In this document: positions 40,405 to 55,134 of the stretch, one piece after another
Numbering within the stretch: the first letter of the stretch is position 1
Layout of the letters: each line of letters opens with the position of its first letter
Origin: Eledone cirrhosa
Taxonomy: Eukaryota
Direction of reading: 5' to 3'
NCBI GenBank assembly: GCA_964016885.1
Contig: OZ024764.1
Location: forward strand, 17,608,001-17,672,000
Length of the DNA: 64,000 nt
Translations under genes and position numbers: made by a program
Notes under the pieces: generated by a model
Database searches by the model: none
Seen by the model: the letters and a program-made list of their open reading frames with translations, nothing else
Told to the model about the DNA's origin: nothing

Positions 40405-43400
40405 ATATAGAGAGGGTGAGAAAGTTTGGTCATTCAATGAGAGAGGGGGAATTGTGAGTGAGAGTGAGTTAAGTAGTGGCATATAGAGAGGGTGAGAGAG
40501 TTTGGTCATTCAATGAGAGAGGGGGAATTGTGAGTGAGAGTGAGTTAAGTAGTGGCATATAAAGAGGGTGAGAGAGTTTGGTCTTTCAATGAGAGAGGGG
40601 GAATTGTGAGTGAGAGTGAGTTAAGTAGTGGCATATAAAGAGGGTGAGAGAGTTTGGTCTTTCAATGAGAGAGGGGGAATTGTGAGTGAGAGTGAGTTAA
40701 GTAGTGGCATATAGAGAGGGTGAGAGAGTTTGGTCATTCAATGAGAGAGGGGCAATTGTGAGTGAGAGTGAGTTAAGTAGTGGCATATAAAGAGGGTGAG
40801 AGAGTTTGGTCTTTCAATGAGAGAGGGGGAATTGTGAGTGAGAGTGAGTTAAGTAGTGGCATATAAAGAGGGTGAGAGAGTTTGGTCTTTCAATGAGAGA
40901 GGGGGAATTGTGAGTGAGAGTGAGTTAAGTAGTGGCATATAGAGAGGGTGAGAGAGTTTGGTCATTCAATGAGAGAGGGGCAATTGTGAGTGAGAGTGAG
41001 TTAAGTAGTGGCATATAGAGAGGGTGAGAGAGTTTGGTCATTCAATGAGAGAGGGGGAATTGTGAGTGAGAGTGAGTTAAGTAGTGGCTTATAAAGAGGG
41101 TGAGAGAGTTTGGTCTTTCAATGAGAGAGGGGGAATTGTGAGTGAGAGTGAGTTAAGTAGTGGTATATAGAGAGGGTGAGAGAGTTTGGTCATTCAATGA
41201 GAGAGGGGGAATTGTGAGTGAGAGTGAGTTAAGTAGTGGCATATAAAGAGGGTGAGAGAGTTTGGTCTTTCAATGAGAGAGGGGCAATTGTGAGTGAGAG
41301 TGAGTTAAGTAGTGGCATATAGAGAGGGTGAGAGAGTTTGGTCATTCAATGAGAGAGGGGGAATTGTAAGAGAGAGTGAGGTAAGTAGTGGCATATAGAG
41401 AGGGTGAGAGAGTTTGGTCATTCAATGAGAGAGGGGGAATTGTAAGAGAGAGTGAGGTAAGTAGTGGCATATAGAGAGGGTGAGAGAGTTTGGTCATTCA
41501 ATGAGAGAGGGGGAATTGTGAGTGAGAGTGAGTTAAGTAGTGGCATATAGAGAGGGTGAGAGAGTTTGGTCTTTCAATGAGAGAGGGGGAATTGTGAGAG
41601 TGAGGTAAGTAGTGGTATATAGAGAGGGTGAGAGAGTTTGGTCATTCAATGAGAGAGGAGGAATTGTAAGAGAGAGTGAGTTAAGTAGTGGCATATAGAG
41701 AGGGTGAGAGAGTTTGGTCTTTCAATGAGAGAGGGGAAATTGTGAGAGTGAGGGGTGTAGTAGGATATAGAGAGGGTGAGAGAGTTTGGTCATTCAATGA
41801 GAGAGGGGGAATTGTAAGAGAGAGTGAGTTAAGTAGTGGCATATAGAGAGGGTGAGAGAGTTTGGTCATTCAATGAGAGAGGGGGAATTGTAAGAGAGAG
41901 TGAGGTAAGTAGTGGCATATAGAGAGGGTGAGAGAGTTTGGTCATTCAATGAGAGAGGGGGAATTGTAAGAGAGAGTGAGGTAAGTAGTGGCATATAGAG
42001 AGGGTGAGAGAGTTTGGTCATTCAATGAGAGAGGGGGAATTGTAAGAGAGAGTGAGGTAAGTAGTGGCATATAGAGAGGGTGAGAGAGTTTGGTCATTCA
42101 ATGAGAGAGGGGGAATTGTGAGTGAGAGTGAGTTAAGTAGTGGCATATAGAGAGGGTGAGAGAGTTTGGTCTTTCAATGAGAGAGGGGGAATTGTGAGAG
42201 TGAGGTAAGTAGTGGTATATAGAGAGGGTGAGAGAGTTTGGTCATTCAATGAGAGAGGGGGAATTGTAAGAGAGAGTGAGTTAAGTAGTGGCATATAGAG
42301 AGGGTGAGAGAGTTTGGTCTTTCAATGAGAGAGGGGGAATTGTGAGAGTGAGGGGTGTAGTAGGATATAGAGAGGGTGAGAAAGTTTGGTCATTCAATGA
42401 GAGAGGGGGAATTGTAAGAGAGAGTGAGGTAAGTAGTGGCATATAGAGAGGGTGAGAGAGTTTGGTCTTTCAATGAGAGAGGGAGAATTGTGAGAGTGAG
42501 GTAAGTAGTGGTATATAGAGAGGGTGAGAGAGTTTGGTCATTCAATGAGAGAGGGGGAATTGTGAGTGAGAGTGAGTTAAGTAGTGGCATATAGAGAGGG
42601 TGAGAGAGTTTGGTCATTCAATGAGAGAGGGGGAATTGTGAGTGAGAGTGAGTTAAGTAGTGGCATATAGAGAGGGTGAGAGAGTTTGGTCATTCAATGA
42701 GAGAGGGGGAATTGTAAGAGAGAGTAAGGTAAGTAGTGGCATATAGAGAGGGTGAGAAAGTTTGGTCATTCAATGAGAGAGGGGGAATTGTGAGTGAGAG
42801 TGAGGTAAGTAGTGGTATATAGAGAGGGTGAGAGAGTTTGGTCATTCAATGAGAGAGGGGGAATTGTAAGAGAGAGTAAGGTAAGTAGTGGCATATAGAG
42901 AGGGTGAGAAAGTTTGGTCATTCAATGAGAGAGGGGGAATTGTGAGTGAGAGTGAGTTAAGTAGTGGCATATAGAGAGGGTGAGAGAGTTTGGTCATTCA
43001 ATGATAGAGGGGGAATTGTAAGAGAGAGTGAGGTAAGTAGTGGCATATAGAGAGGGTGAGAGAGTTTGGTCATTCAATGAGAGAGGGGGAATTGTAAGAG
43101 AGAGTGAGGTAAGTAGTGGCATATAGAGAGGGTGAGAGAGTTTGGTCATTCAATGAGAGAGGGGGAATTGTGAGTGAGAGTGAGTTAAGTAGTGGCATAT
43201 AGAGAGGGTGAGAGAGTTTGGTCTTTCAATGAGAGAGGGGGAATTGTGAGAGTGAGGTAAGTAGTGGTATATAGAGAGGGTGAGAGAGTTTGGTCATTCA
43301 ATGAGAGAGGAGGAATTGTAAGAGAGAGTGAGTTAAGTAGTGGCATATAGAGAGGGTGAGAGAGTTTGGTCTTTCAATGAGAGAGGGGGAATTGTGAGAG

Positions 43401-45790
43401 TGAGGGGTGTAGTAGGATATAGAGAGGGTGAGAGAGTTTGGTCATTCAATGAGAGAGGGGGAATTGTAAGAGAGAGTGAGTTAAGTAGTGGCATATAGAG
43501 AGGGTGAGAGAGTTTGGTCATTCAATGAGAGAGGGGGAATTGTAAGAGAGAGTGAGGTAAGTAGTGGCATATAGAGAGGGTGAGAGAGTTTGGTCATTCA
43601 ATGAGAGAGGGGGAATTGTGAGTGAGAGTGAGTTAAGTAGTGGCATATAGAGAGGGTGAGAGAGTTTGGTCATTCAATGAGAGAGGGGGAATTGTAAGAG
43701 AGAGTGAGGTAAGTAGTGGCATATAGAGAGGGTGAGAGAGTTTGGTCATTCAATGAGAGAGGGGGAATTGTGAGTGAGAGTGAGTTAAGTAGTGGCATAT
43801 AGAGAGGGTGAGAGAGTTTGGTCTTTCAATGAGAGAGGGGGATTTGTGAGAGTGAGGTAAGTAGTGGTATATAGAGAGGGTGAGAGAGTTTGGTCATTCA
43901 ATGAGAGAGGGGGAATTGTAAGAGAGAGTGAGTTAAGTAGTGGCATATAGAGAGGGTGAGAGAGTTTGGTCTTTCAATGAGAGAGGGGGAATTGTGAGAG
44001 TGAGGGGTGTAGTAGGATATAGAGAGGGTGAGAAAGTTTGGTCATTCAATGAGAGAGGGGGAATTGTAAGAGAGAGTGAGGTAAGTAGTGGCATATAGAG
44101 AGGGTGAGAGAGTTTGGTCTTTCAATGAGAGAGGGGGAATTGTGAGAGTGAGGTAAGTAGTGGTATATAGAGAGGGTGAGAGAGTTTGGTCATTCAATGA
44201 GAGAGGGGGAATTGTGAGTGAGAGTGAGTTAAGTAGTGGCATATAGAGAGGGTGAGAGAGTTTGGTCATTCAATGAGAGAGGGGGAATTGTGAGTGAGAG
44301 TGAGTTAAGTAGTGGCATATAGAGAGGGTGAGAGAGTTTGGTCATTCAATGAGAGAGGGGGAATTGTGAGTGAGAGTGAGTTAAGTAGTGGCATATAGAG
44401 AGGGTGAGAGAGTTTGGTCTTTCAATGAGAGAGGGGGAATTGTGAGAGTGAGGGGTGTAGTAGGATATAGAGAGGGTGAGAAAGTTTGGTCATTCAATGA
44501 GAGAGGGCGTAAGAGAGAGTGAGGTAATTAGTGGCATATAGAGAGGGTGAGAGAGTTTGGTCATTCAATGAGAGAGGGGGAATTGTGAGTGAGAGTGAGT
44601 TAAGTAGTGGCATATAGAGAGGGTGAGAGAGTTTGGTCATTCAATGAGAGAGGGGGAATTGTAAGAGAGAGTAAGGTAAGTAGTGGCATATAGAGAGGGT
44701 GAGAAAGTTTGGTCATTCAATGAGAGAGGGGGAATTGTGAGTGAGAGTGAGGTAAGTAGTGGTATATAGAGAGGGTGAGAGAGTTTGGTCATTCAATGAG
44801 AGAGGGGGAATTGTAAGAGAGAGTGAGGTAAGTAGTGGCATATAGAGAGGGTGAGAAAGTTTGGTCATTCAATGAGAGAGGGGGAATTGTGAGTGAGAGT
44901 GAGTTAAGTAGTGGCATATAGAGAGGGTGAGAGAGTTTGGTCTTTCAATGAGAGAGGGGGAATTGTAAGAGAGAGTGAGGTAAGTAGTGGCATATAGAGA
45001 GGGTGAGAGAGTTTGGTCATTCAATGAGAGAGGGGGAATTGTGAGTGAGAGTGAGTTAAGTAGTGGCATATAGAGAGGGTGAGAGAGTTTGGTCTTTCAA
45101 TGAGAGAGGGGGAATTGTGAGAGTGAGGGGTGTAGTAGGATATAGAGAGGGTGAGAAAGTTTGGTCATTCAATGAGAGAGGGGGAATTGTAAGAGAGAGT
45201 GAGGTAAGTAGTGGCATATAGAGAGGGTGAGAGAGTTTGGTCTTTCAATGAGAGAGGGGGAATTGTGAGAGTGAGGTAAGTAGTGGTATATAGAGAGGGT
45301 GAGAGAGTTTGGTCATTCAATGAGAGAGGGGGAATTGTGAGTGAGAGTGAGTTAAGTAGTGGCATATAGAGAGGGTGAGAGAGTTTGGTCATTCAATGAG
45401 AGAGGGGGAATTGTAAGAGAGAGTAAGGTAAGTAGTGGCATATAGAGAGGGTGAGAAAGTTTGGTCATTCAATGAGAGAGGGGGAATTGTGAGTGAGAGT
45501 GAGGTAAGTAGTGGTATATAGAGAGGGTGAGAGAGTTTGGTCATTCAATGAGAGAGGGGGAATTGTAAGAGAGAGTAAGGTAAGTAGTGGCATATAGAGA
45601 GGGTGAGAAAGTTTGGTCATTCAATGAGAGAGGGGGAATTGTGAGTGAGAGTGAGTTAAGTAGTGGCATATAGAGAGGGTGAGAGAGTTTGGTCTTTCAA
45701 TGAGAGAGGGTGAATTAAGAGAGTAAAAGCGAGAGGTGTGTAGTGTGATATAGAGAGGGGCAGAGTGTTTGCTGGTTTAATGAGAGAGGG
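40405..45790. repeat. 76-bp purine-rich satellite with 72-bp variants, ~70 units, with higher-order structure
   Basis: Unit atatagagagggtgagagagtttggtcattcaatgagagagggggaattgtgagtgagagtgagttaagtagtggc; variant blocks recur at a 1652-bp offset. Confidence 0.95.
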
Positions 45791-45915
45791 GAAATATTGG
45801 ACTAGTGAGAGAGGGGTATATCTTTAGAGCGAGTGATGAAATAAATTTAGGAGGGAAGAAAAATGTTTTGATATTGATTTTACAGTAAAGCGCGTGTGTG
45901 TGTTTGTATATACTG

Positions 45916-45953
<38 letters not shown>

Positions 45954-45956
45954 TAT

Positions 45957-46205
45957 AACGAAGGAAGGGTGGTAAGATACCAGATGGACCATAACGCACC
46001 AGAGTACTCAATACTTAGCGTAGTAGAGTGGGTAATAGGAAAATGTTCAAGACCCCGACGGCAGAACTCAAGCCGTTTCGACGGCTATTTCTGGAGTCTA
46101 GAAATAGCTTGAGCTCCGCCGTGGTCTTGAACATGTTCCTATATATATACACACACACACCATATATGTATATTATATATAATATATATATATATATATT
46201 ATATA

Positions 46206-46246
<41 letters not shown>

Positions 46247-46506
46247 AGTATGTATGTATACGTATGTAAGTGGCGTACTAAGAGTGAGAAATGAAATTTC
46301 GTTTCATTCTATTCCATATACATATAAATAACGAAATAACGAGGGGAAATGTGGTACGGAACCAGATGGACCATAATGCACCAAAGAACTCAATACTTAG
46401 GGTAGTAGAGAAGCTCGGCTATTCATTTACCAGGATAAAAATGTTCATTTAGTCCAGAATTAGCCGTCGAAACGGCTTGAGCTCAGCCGCCGGGGTCCTA
46501 CTCGTT

Positions 46507-46510
<4 letters not shown>
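45957..46510 (-). mobile_element. GACCCCGACGGC hairpin family, copies f (45957-46141) and g (46335-46510, internally deleted)
   Basis: Family tail plus hairpin remnants, each ending tccta-(TA)n. Confidence 0.8.
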
Positions 46511-46561
<51 letters not shown>

Positions 46562-46945
46562 GAATAATCGAGAATCGGAAAAACAGCTTACGAATTAACG
46601 ATAAACAATATCCGATATGTGTGACAGAGGGCTCAATAATTTGGATAATACAGAGCTATAACCATCGTTAAATTACCAACGCATAGAGATCATGCCTAAA
46701 ATCACCCGTACAGCCGAAAAAGAACGACCAGGAAGATTCGGGTCACTCAAATAAAATATCAATAAATCAATAAATTAAATGAATATATATATATATATGT
46801 GTGTGTGTGGGTGTATTTCTGTGTATGTTTATATATATATATATTTATATATATATATATTTATATATATATATATTTATATATATATACATATATATGT
46901 GTGTGTGTGGGTGTATTTCTGTGTATGTTTATATATATATATATT

Positions 46946-46976
<31 letters not shown>

Positions 46977-47366
46977 ATTTATATATATATATATATAAAC
47001 TACCTGACGTACCCTGCTTCACCCAGGTAAACAGACGATAAGAGAAGACAGGTAAAAGAGAAAACGGCTGCACTGGATGTTTATCTGGTTTACAGTGTGG
47101 GAGAAGTCCGTGGTGTGTCTGACAAAAAAGAAACGGTGAAAATCTTCCAGATACGCCAGATTCTTCGTTTTACCCTTCATGTAGAGCATATGAAGCTTTC
47201 TAGGTGTTCCCACCCGTGAACAACCTACATGTAACTCTCCTTGCGTATTCAATCCTAATTTTCAAGGTTTCAGTTTCCTGTTAGAACCAGTTTTGCTAGG
47301 ATCATAAATAAACTTCAGAAGGATAATGGAAATTCTAATCTTTTATATTATATGTAGATAATATAG

Positions 47367-47440
<74 letters not shown>

Positions 47441-47442
47441 TC

Positions 47443-47485
<43 letters not shown>

Positions 47486-47500
47486 ATATATATATATTTT

Positions 47501-47860
47501 CTAGGGCGGGTAAAATTCCCGAGATCCATGAACGATTTCTCTCCAGCGGTCTCTGTCCCTCATTATTGTTGCCATGTCCTGCGTCTCCAACAGACCAGTG
47601 TCTGTCCTTAGGGCATCAACATACGTTAACCTTGGTCTACCTCTTCCAGTGTGTCCATATAGAGGCTCCCACAGGAGCACTGAGTGCAGTGTCAACTCTG
47701 GATGTCTGTCCTTAGGACATCAACATACGTTAACCTTGGTCTACCTCTTCCAGTGTGTCCATGTAGGGGCTCCCACAGGAGCACTGAGTGCAATGTCAAC
47801 TCTGGATGTCGGTGAGCATGTCCAGCTAACCTCAGTCTCCTCTGTGTCACTTTTGAGCTG
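47501..47860 (-). mobile_element. RTE-like LINE 3' fragment with a ~102-bp internal tandem duplication
   Basis: LLWEPLYGHTGRGRPRLTYVDALRTDTG...MRDRDRWREIV. Confidence 0.8.
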
Positions 47861-47861
47861 A

Positions 47862-47900
<39 letters not shown>

Positions 47901-47935
47901 ATATATATAATATATATATACATATATGTATATTA

Positions 47936-48051
<116 letters not shown>

Positions 48052-48164
48052 ATATATAATATATATATACATATATGTATATTATATATATTATATATAT
48101 ATATATATATTATATATATTATATATATATATATATTTATATTATATATATATTATATATATAA

Positions 48165-48204
<40 letters not shown>

Positions 48205-48208
48205 TATA

Positions 48209-48337
<129 letters not shown>

Positions 48338-48586
48338 CATGGCTGAGTGGTTAAAGAATTGGATTCACAATCTTGAGGTTGTGAGTTCGATTCCCGGACC
48401 GGGCGATGCGTTATGTCCTTGAGCAAGACACTTTATTTCACGTTGCTCCTTCTACCTGGAATTGCGACCGATAGATAGCATTAGCAATTTGAAAGACCAA
48501 GGGAAACATTGCTTCCTCGGTCCGATTTGACGAAAGTCGAGTGACTTTCGATATATATAGATATATATTCATTTATTACAGATAAG

Positions 48587-48667
48587 ATGTCGTCCAATAT
48601 CACACTGAACAACATGTTAAACGACAAAGCTTTTGTGGACTACTTCAATATATACTTGTGTCAACCG
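48587..48667 (+). CDS. RGSL1/RGS22-like first coding exon (MSSNITLNNMLNDKAFVDYFNIYLCQP)
   Basis: ttacag acceptor 5 nt before the ATG implies an upstream exon; donor ccg|gtaagg. Confidence 0.82.
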
Positions 48668-48731
48668 GTAAGGCCTTCTTTTTCATAACACACCACAATA
48701 CTTACCGCTCAGCACTTACCTTCTCCTCAGC

Positions 48732-48879
<148 letters not shown>

Positions 48880-49145
48880 TGTGTGTGTGTATATATATAT
48901 ATGTCTCATGGTCGGGTCGTTGGCGACTAAACTGGCAACCCCACCAAGGTTTCTTGGTGAGGAGGGGGACTTTGGACATCCTGCAGGACTAAAAACAAAA
49001 CCTGTCAAAGGGCAAAGGAGCTCTTAAGAGTCAATGGCCATCCAAAATCACCGGGAGAGATGACCCCTTAGCCTTTGTCAAGGCAGAATTCTAGGAGAAG
49101 GAAAGTTCTGATATAACACCTGCAACCCTGATGGTATCCAATGAT

Positions 49146-49216
<71 letters not shown>

Positions 49217-49230
49217 TATATATGTGCCCG

Positions 49231-49263
<33 letters not shown>

Positions 49264-49361
49264 CTATCTATCTCTGGCTCTCTCTCTCGATATATATATA
49301 TATATAAATATATGCATATGTATATATATATATATATGTGTGTGTCTATGTGTGTGTTTGT

Positions 49362-49395
<34 letters not shown>

Positions 49396-49412
49396 CTATC
49401 TCTGGCTCTCTC

Positions 49413-49506
<94 letters not shown>

Positions 49507-49602
49507 GTAATTCCATCGGAAAAGTCCAGGAAAAAAGAGTGCTCTATGTAGGCAATAGAGCATATATAAATATATGCATATATATATATGTGTGTGTGTT
49601 TG

Positions 49603-49639
<37 letters not shown>

Positions 49640-49650
49640 CTGGCTCTCTC

Positions 49651-49710
<60 letters not shown>

Positions 49711-49744
49711 TATGCATATATATATATGTGTGTGTGTTTGTCTC

Positions 49745-50480
49745 TCTATCTATCAATACAGCTATCTATCTCCTCTCTCTCCCCCCCTCTCCCCACTCTC
49801 TCTATCTATCAATACAGCTATCTCTCTTCCCCTCTCTCTATCTACCAATACAGCTATCTATCTCCCCCCTCTTCCCCCTCTCTCTATCTACCAATACAGC
49901 TATCTATCTCCCTCCTCTCCCCCTCTCTCTATCTACCAATACAGCTATCTATCTCCCTCCTCTCCCCCTCTCTCTATCTACCAATACAGCTATCTATCTC
50001 CCTCCTCTCCCCCTCTCTCTATCTACCAATACAGCTATCTATCTCCCTCCTCTCCCCCTCTCTCTATCTACCAATACAGCTATCTATCTCCCTCCTCTCC
50101 CCCTCTCTCTATCTACCAATACAGCTATCTATCTCCCTCCTCTCCCCCTCTCTCTATCTACCAATACAGCTATCTATCTCCCTCCTCTCCCCCTCTCTCT
50201 ATCTACCAATACAGCTATCTATCTCCCTCCTCTCCCCCTCTCTCTATCTACCAATACAGCTATCTATCTCCCTCCTCTCCCCCTCTCTCTATCTACCAAT
50301 ACAGCTATCTATCTCCCTCCTCTCCCCCTCTCTCTATCTACCAATACAGCTATCTATCTCCCTCCTCTCCCCCTCTCTCTATCTACCAATACAGCTATCT
50401 ATCTCCCCCCTCTTCCCCCTCTCTCTATCTACCAATACAGCTATCTATCTCCCTCCTCTCCCCCTCTCTCTATCTACATT
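49745..50480. repeat. 45-bp pyrimidine-rich minisatellite (ctatctaccaatacagctatctatctccctcctctccccctctct), ~16 units
   Basis: Direct inspection. Confidence 0.93.
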
Positions 50481-50753
50481 CACTACCTGTCATATAAGGG
50501 TTACCTAAAAAAAAAAAAAACAGAAAAATTCGTCGGTAGCGCTTTAGTGTAAACGGTAAGCACACCGAAACTCTAAACTGCAGGCGTGGGTCCGAGCCCG
50601 ACCGGTGGCGCTGTACACATCTCTGCCTACCACCAAGGTATATATACCAAAATTAAACCCATTTTTCATTTTAAAAAAAAATCCCATACCGATAAAATAA
50701 ATGCTGAAGTTCCTATTTAACAAATTCATATTTTTTTTAAATTATTTTTCCAG

Positions 50754-50828
50754 ATTTTTGGCTGTGCTCTAGTTTACCAGTTGTCCGAGAAGACGTTCAT
50801 TTTAAACCAACGTTTCAACGAAAACAAA
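50754..50828 (+). CDS. RGSL1/RGS22-like exon 2 (IFGCALVYQLSEKTFILNQRFNENK)
   Basis: ttccag| ... aaa|gtgagt; 75 nt. Confidence 0.82.
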
Positions 50829-51070
50829 GTGAGTGACTTCGAATTCCACTTAATTTAGTTTTATTTATTTATTTACTTTTTTTTTTTATGTTGTATTGTT
50901 GTATATATATACATATATATATTTATATGTATATATATATATGTATATATATAGGAGGTGAGTTTTATTGTAGTACAATAAAGCAATGCAGATATCGGAT
51001 AAGAAGCACTCTACAGTTTGTAGGACTGGAGTATACATAATATACATATAATATAGTATAATATATATAT

Positions 51071-51124
<54 letters not shown>

Positions 51125-51165
51125 CGAAACATAAGTCAATTGCATGAACTCATAATCCTTTATTT

Positions 51166-51221
51166 ACTGCTATATACATTTCGATGATAGCCATTGAATG
51201 ACTATGACCTCATCAGGCAGT
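51166..51221 (-). ncRNA. Minimal type-I hammerhead ribozyme in a Penelope-like pseudo-LTR fragment (~51121-51780)
   Basis: Minus strand: ACTGC-CTGATGA-ggtcatagtcat tca atggctatcatc-GAAA-TGTATA-TA-GCAGT, then AATAAA and a tail containing TGAGTTC. Confidence 0.78.
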
Positions 51222-51780
51222 TAGTCAGGTCTTAGATATGCCAGCTGTGTGTTTATGGTGTTGATGGTATCAGAGCCTTGGGACATATGAGCTTGTTAGG
51301 AATAATTTAATGTTGTCAGCAGGAATAGTCTTAATTCTCATTGGTCAGTTTGTAGATGCTAGTAGGGTTGGTATTTGACCTCAAAGAGGCAGGTGGTGTT
51401 GTAAAGTTCAAACCGGCAGGCAAGATGACAATAGTTCCATATGACTGATTTTCACAAAAACCATTCCTGGTTAGATATATATTCAATTAAGGTTAATAGT
51501 ATAAAATAGATACTACAGGTCATTCTTAAATTGAGGAATTTATGTCGAGTGGTACTACTGAAAATTATGGTTAGAGTAGAATACTATAAAATTTACAAAT
51601 AAAAAGACTTATGTAGGTTGACTTGCACGTACACTCACACCCAGCTCCACAGACACACACACATCCACACATACAAATTGAGGAATTAATGTGGGGTGGT
51701 AATATTTAAAATAATGGTTAGAGTCAAATACTTAGAAAGTTTAGAAATTTTAGAAATAAGAAGGCTTATTTAATAAATAA

Positions 51781-51839
<59 letters not shown>

Positions 51840-51843
<4 letters not shown>

Positions 51844-52033
51844 AACCAGTAAGACCCCGACAGCTGAGCTCAAGCCGTTTCGACGGCTAATTCTGCGTCG
51901 GGGATTCTGCGTCGAAACGGCTTGAGCTCAGCTGTCGGGGTCTTACTGGTTCCTATTACCCACTCTACTACCTCAAGTATTGAGTACTTTGGTGCGTTAT
52001 GGTCCACCTGGTTCCTTACCACATTTCCTTCGT

Positions 52034-52034
<1 letters not shown>
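51840..52034 (+). mobile_element. GACCCCGACGGC hairpin family, copy h (complete)
   Basis: Perfect ~46-bp arms taggaaccagtaagaccccgacagc...gtttcgacg, then the tail, between (TA)n tracts. Confidence 0.85.
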
Positions 52035-52122
<88 letters not shown>

Positions 52123-52179
52123 GTATATATATAAATGTATATACACACATATATATACATACATATATATATATGTGTG

Positions 52180-52307
<128 letters not shown>

Positions 52308-52500
52308 TCACTCCACCCGACCCCAACTTACATCGTTCTAATCCAAACTTCGTCGTCTGCCAATCTTCCAATTGTTGAAATATTTGGTTCATGCTTGGCA
52401 GACAGACAGGGTGACAGTGTGACAGAGAGCCAGCCAAGGTGACAGAGAGCCAGCCAAGGTGACAGAGAGAGTAACTGACTGTTTGGTAACTGTATTTCAG

Positions 52501-52639
52501 GATCTAACGGCCCAGAAGCTCCAAGAATGGATGGAAGCAGAACGCTTCCCCGGGTTCTTCAGAACACAGTTTTATTACGAATACAAAATGTGTGAAAAAC
52601 TAAGATCAACACCGTTGAATAAGCGTATAGGATCGGTTG
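52501..52639 (+). CDS. RGSL1/RGS22-like exon 3 ([20 protein letters not shown]...IGSV)
   Basis: tttcag| ... ttg|gtgggt; this phase-1 donor was chosen because it fits the next exon. Confidence 0.82.
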
Positions 52640-52684
52640 GTGGGTAAACTTTACACATATATATATACATACACATACACAGAC

Positions 52685-52765
<81 letters not shown>

Positions 52766-52774
52766 CACACACAC

Positions 52775-52843
<69 letters not shown>

Positions 52844-52994
52844 TATATATATATATACATATATATATAAAATATAAAACAATCAAATTTTTGCTTAATG
52901 CATTTCATTGCTGACGGTCGTTTCTTCCAGACAACTGTTTGGATTCATCGGAGTATACACAATATATATACACACACACGAATATATATATATA

Positions 52995-53164
52995 TAGGAA
53001 CGAGTAGGACCCCGACGGCTGAGTTCAAGCCGTTTCGACAGCTAATTCTGGACTAAAATATTAGTCGGGGTCCTACTCGTTCCTATTACCCACTCTACTA
53101 CCCTAAGTATTGAGTACTTTGGTGCGTTATGGTCCATCTGGTTCCTTACCACATTTCCTTCGTT
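52995..53164 (+). mobile_element. GACCCCGACGGC hairpin family, copy i (one arm partly deleted)
   Basis: taggaacgagtaggaccccgac ... gtcggggtcctactcgttccta plus tail. Confidence 0.82.
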
Positions 53165-53320
53165 ATATATATATATATATATATATACACAAATATATAT
53201 ATACATATATATATATACACATATATATATACATATATATATATATACACATGCATATATATATATATATATACATACATACATACATACATACATACAT
53301 ACATACATACATACATACAT

Positions 53321-53353
<33 letters not shown>

Positions 53354-53507
53354 CCTATATATATAGTTGAATAAATGAACAGAGAACAGAGAGGCAGTAC
53401 AAATGATATGGTTTTTAGTTTCACGCTTGAGAGTGGGGGAGGGTATATATTCTCTACTACATCTTTTTTCTCTTTCTGTTCCTTTCCTGCCGTGCCCACC
53501 CCGCCAG

Positions 53508-53777
53508 ACTGGGGCAGCAACTACATACAGAAGTACATAGCCGAAATTCTGGAGAACGTGATTTGCAGTTACACTGGAATGCAGTTGTTTAAGATCTCAC
53601 TGTTGGACTCGGGTGGGGAACGGGTGTGGCGCTGTATGTTTGACATCGAACATTACTGTGATGAGTCAACGGACCAGGTGACTCGCCAGGATCTTCACAA
53701 TCACCTGAGGATGTCTTACTTCACGTTGGGCTCCTTGTACGAGATTAACGAAACCACAAAGTTACACTATTTCTCAG
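53508..53777 (+). CDS. RGSL1/RGS22-like exon 4, RGS-like helices ([10 protein letters not shown]...[15 protein letters not shown]...LHYFS)
   Basis: gccag| ... tcag|gtaggt; phase 1 to 1. Confidence 0.8.
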
Positions 53778-53789
53778 GTAGGTAGACGG

Positions 53790-53871
<82 letters not shown>

Positions 53872-53953
53872 TTTGTGCAAAGATATATATATATATATAT
53901 ATATACATATATATATACATATATATATATGTATATATATATATATGTATATA

Positions 53954-54323
<370 letters not shown>

Positions 54324-54334
54324 TTTGTGCAAAG

Positions 54335-54370
<36 letters not shown>

Positions 54371-54394
54371 ATGTATATTTATTATATATATATA

Positions 54395-54433
<39 letters not shown>

Positions 54434-54633
54434 CTTCAAAATATTAATAAATATAGACATTCATGTGATCAAATATATTTTATTATACATATTTCATCAG
54501 TACGTCCTCATCAGATAAAATAAGTTGATGTCTGACATACCTCAACTGTGCTGATGGTTCAAATCCAGTCTTTTTAATTATATATATATATACATACACG
54601 TGTGTGTGTGTGTATATATATATATACACATAC

Positions 54634-54675
<42 letters not shown>

Positions 54676-55134
54676 TGTGTGTGTGTGTGTGTGTGTATTT
54701 GTGTAAAAAGAGGGATGAAGTGTTGAGAGATAGAGATAGAGTGTACTGTATGTGTTGAGGGAGGGAGGGAGGGAGAGAGTGGAGTGGAGGAATGAGTGTG
54801 CGTCTATTGAAGGAGATTTCCAACTCATCAGCTATCTATTGAGCTTCTTTGTAGTTTCGGTGTGGGACAATACTACTCTTCCCTGTACACCAATATCTCC
54901 ACCTTTTGACCCTTTATTGTTTGTTTTTTCATCCTGCAAATTGTCCCCTACTAAAGGGGTCGACTTACTCAACCTTGCCGCCAACTCACCCCATCTTTAC
55001 CCCCAAAATATGCTAGTTTTATGTCTAAATTATAAATCAATATTACTAATTTCTTTCGTTTTTTTCTATTTTTTTCCATCAATTTATCTTCTAATCTCAC
55101 TACACCGTTCTGGCCTCCCTCCCCACATATACAG

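Noticed and set aside
47019-47252. 77-aa minus-strand ORF in unique sequence with a possible donor at ~47012
   Set aside because: Non-ATG start, no recognisable domain and no partner exons found. It could be a non-coding exon, but I cannot support that.
50598-50613. CTCF-like motif ccgaccggtggcgctg
   Set aside because: Several mismatches to the consensus and a single occurrence; not distinguishable from chance.
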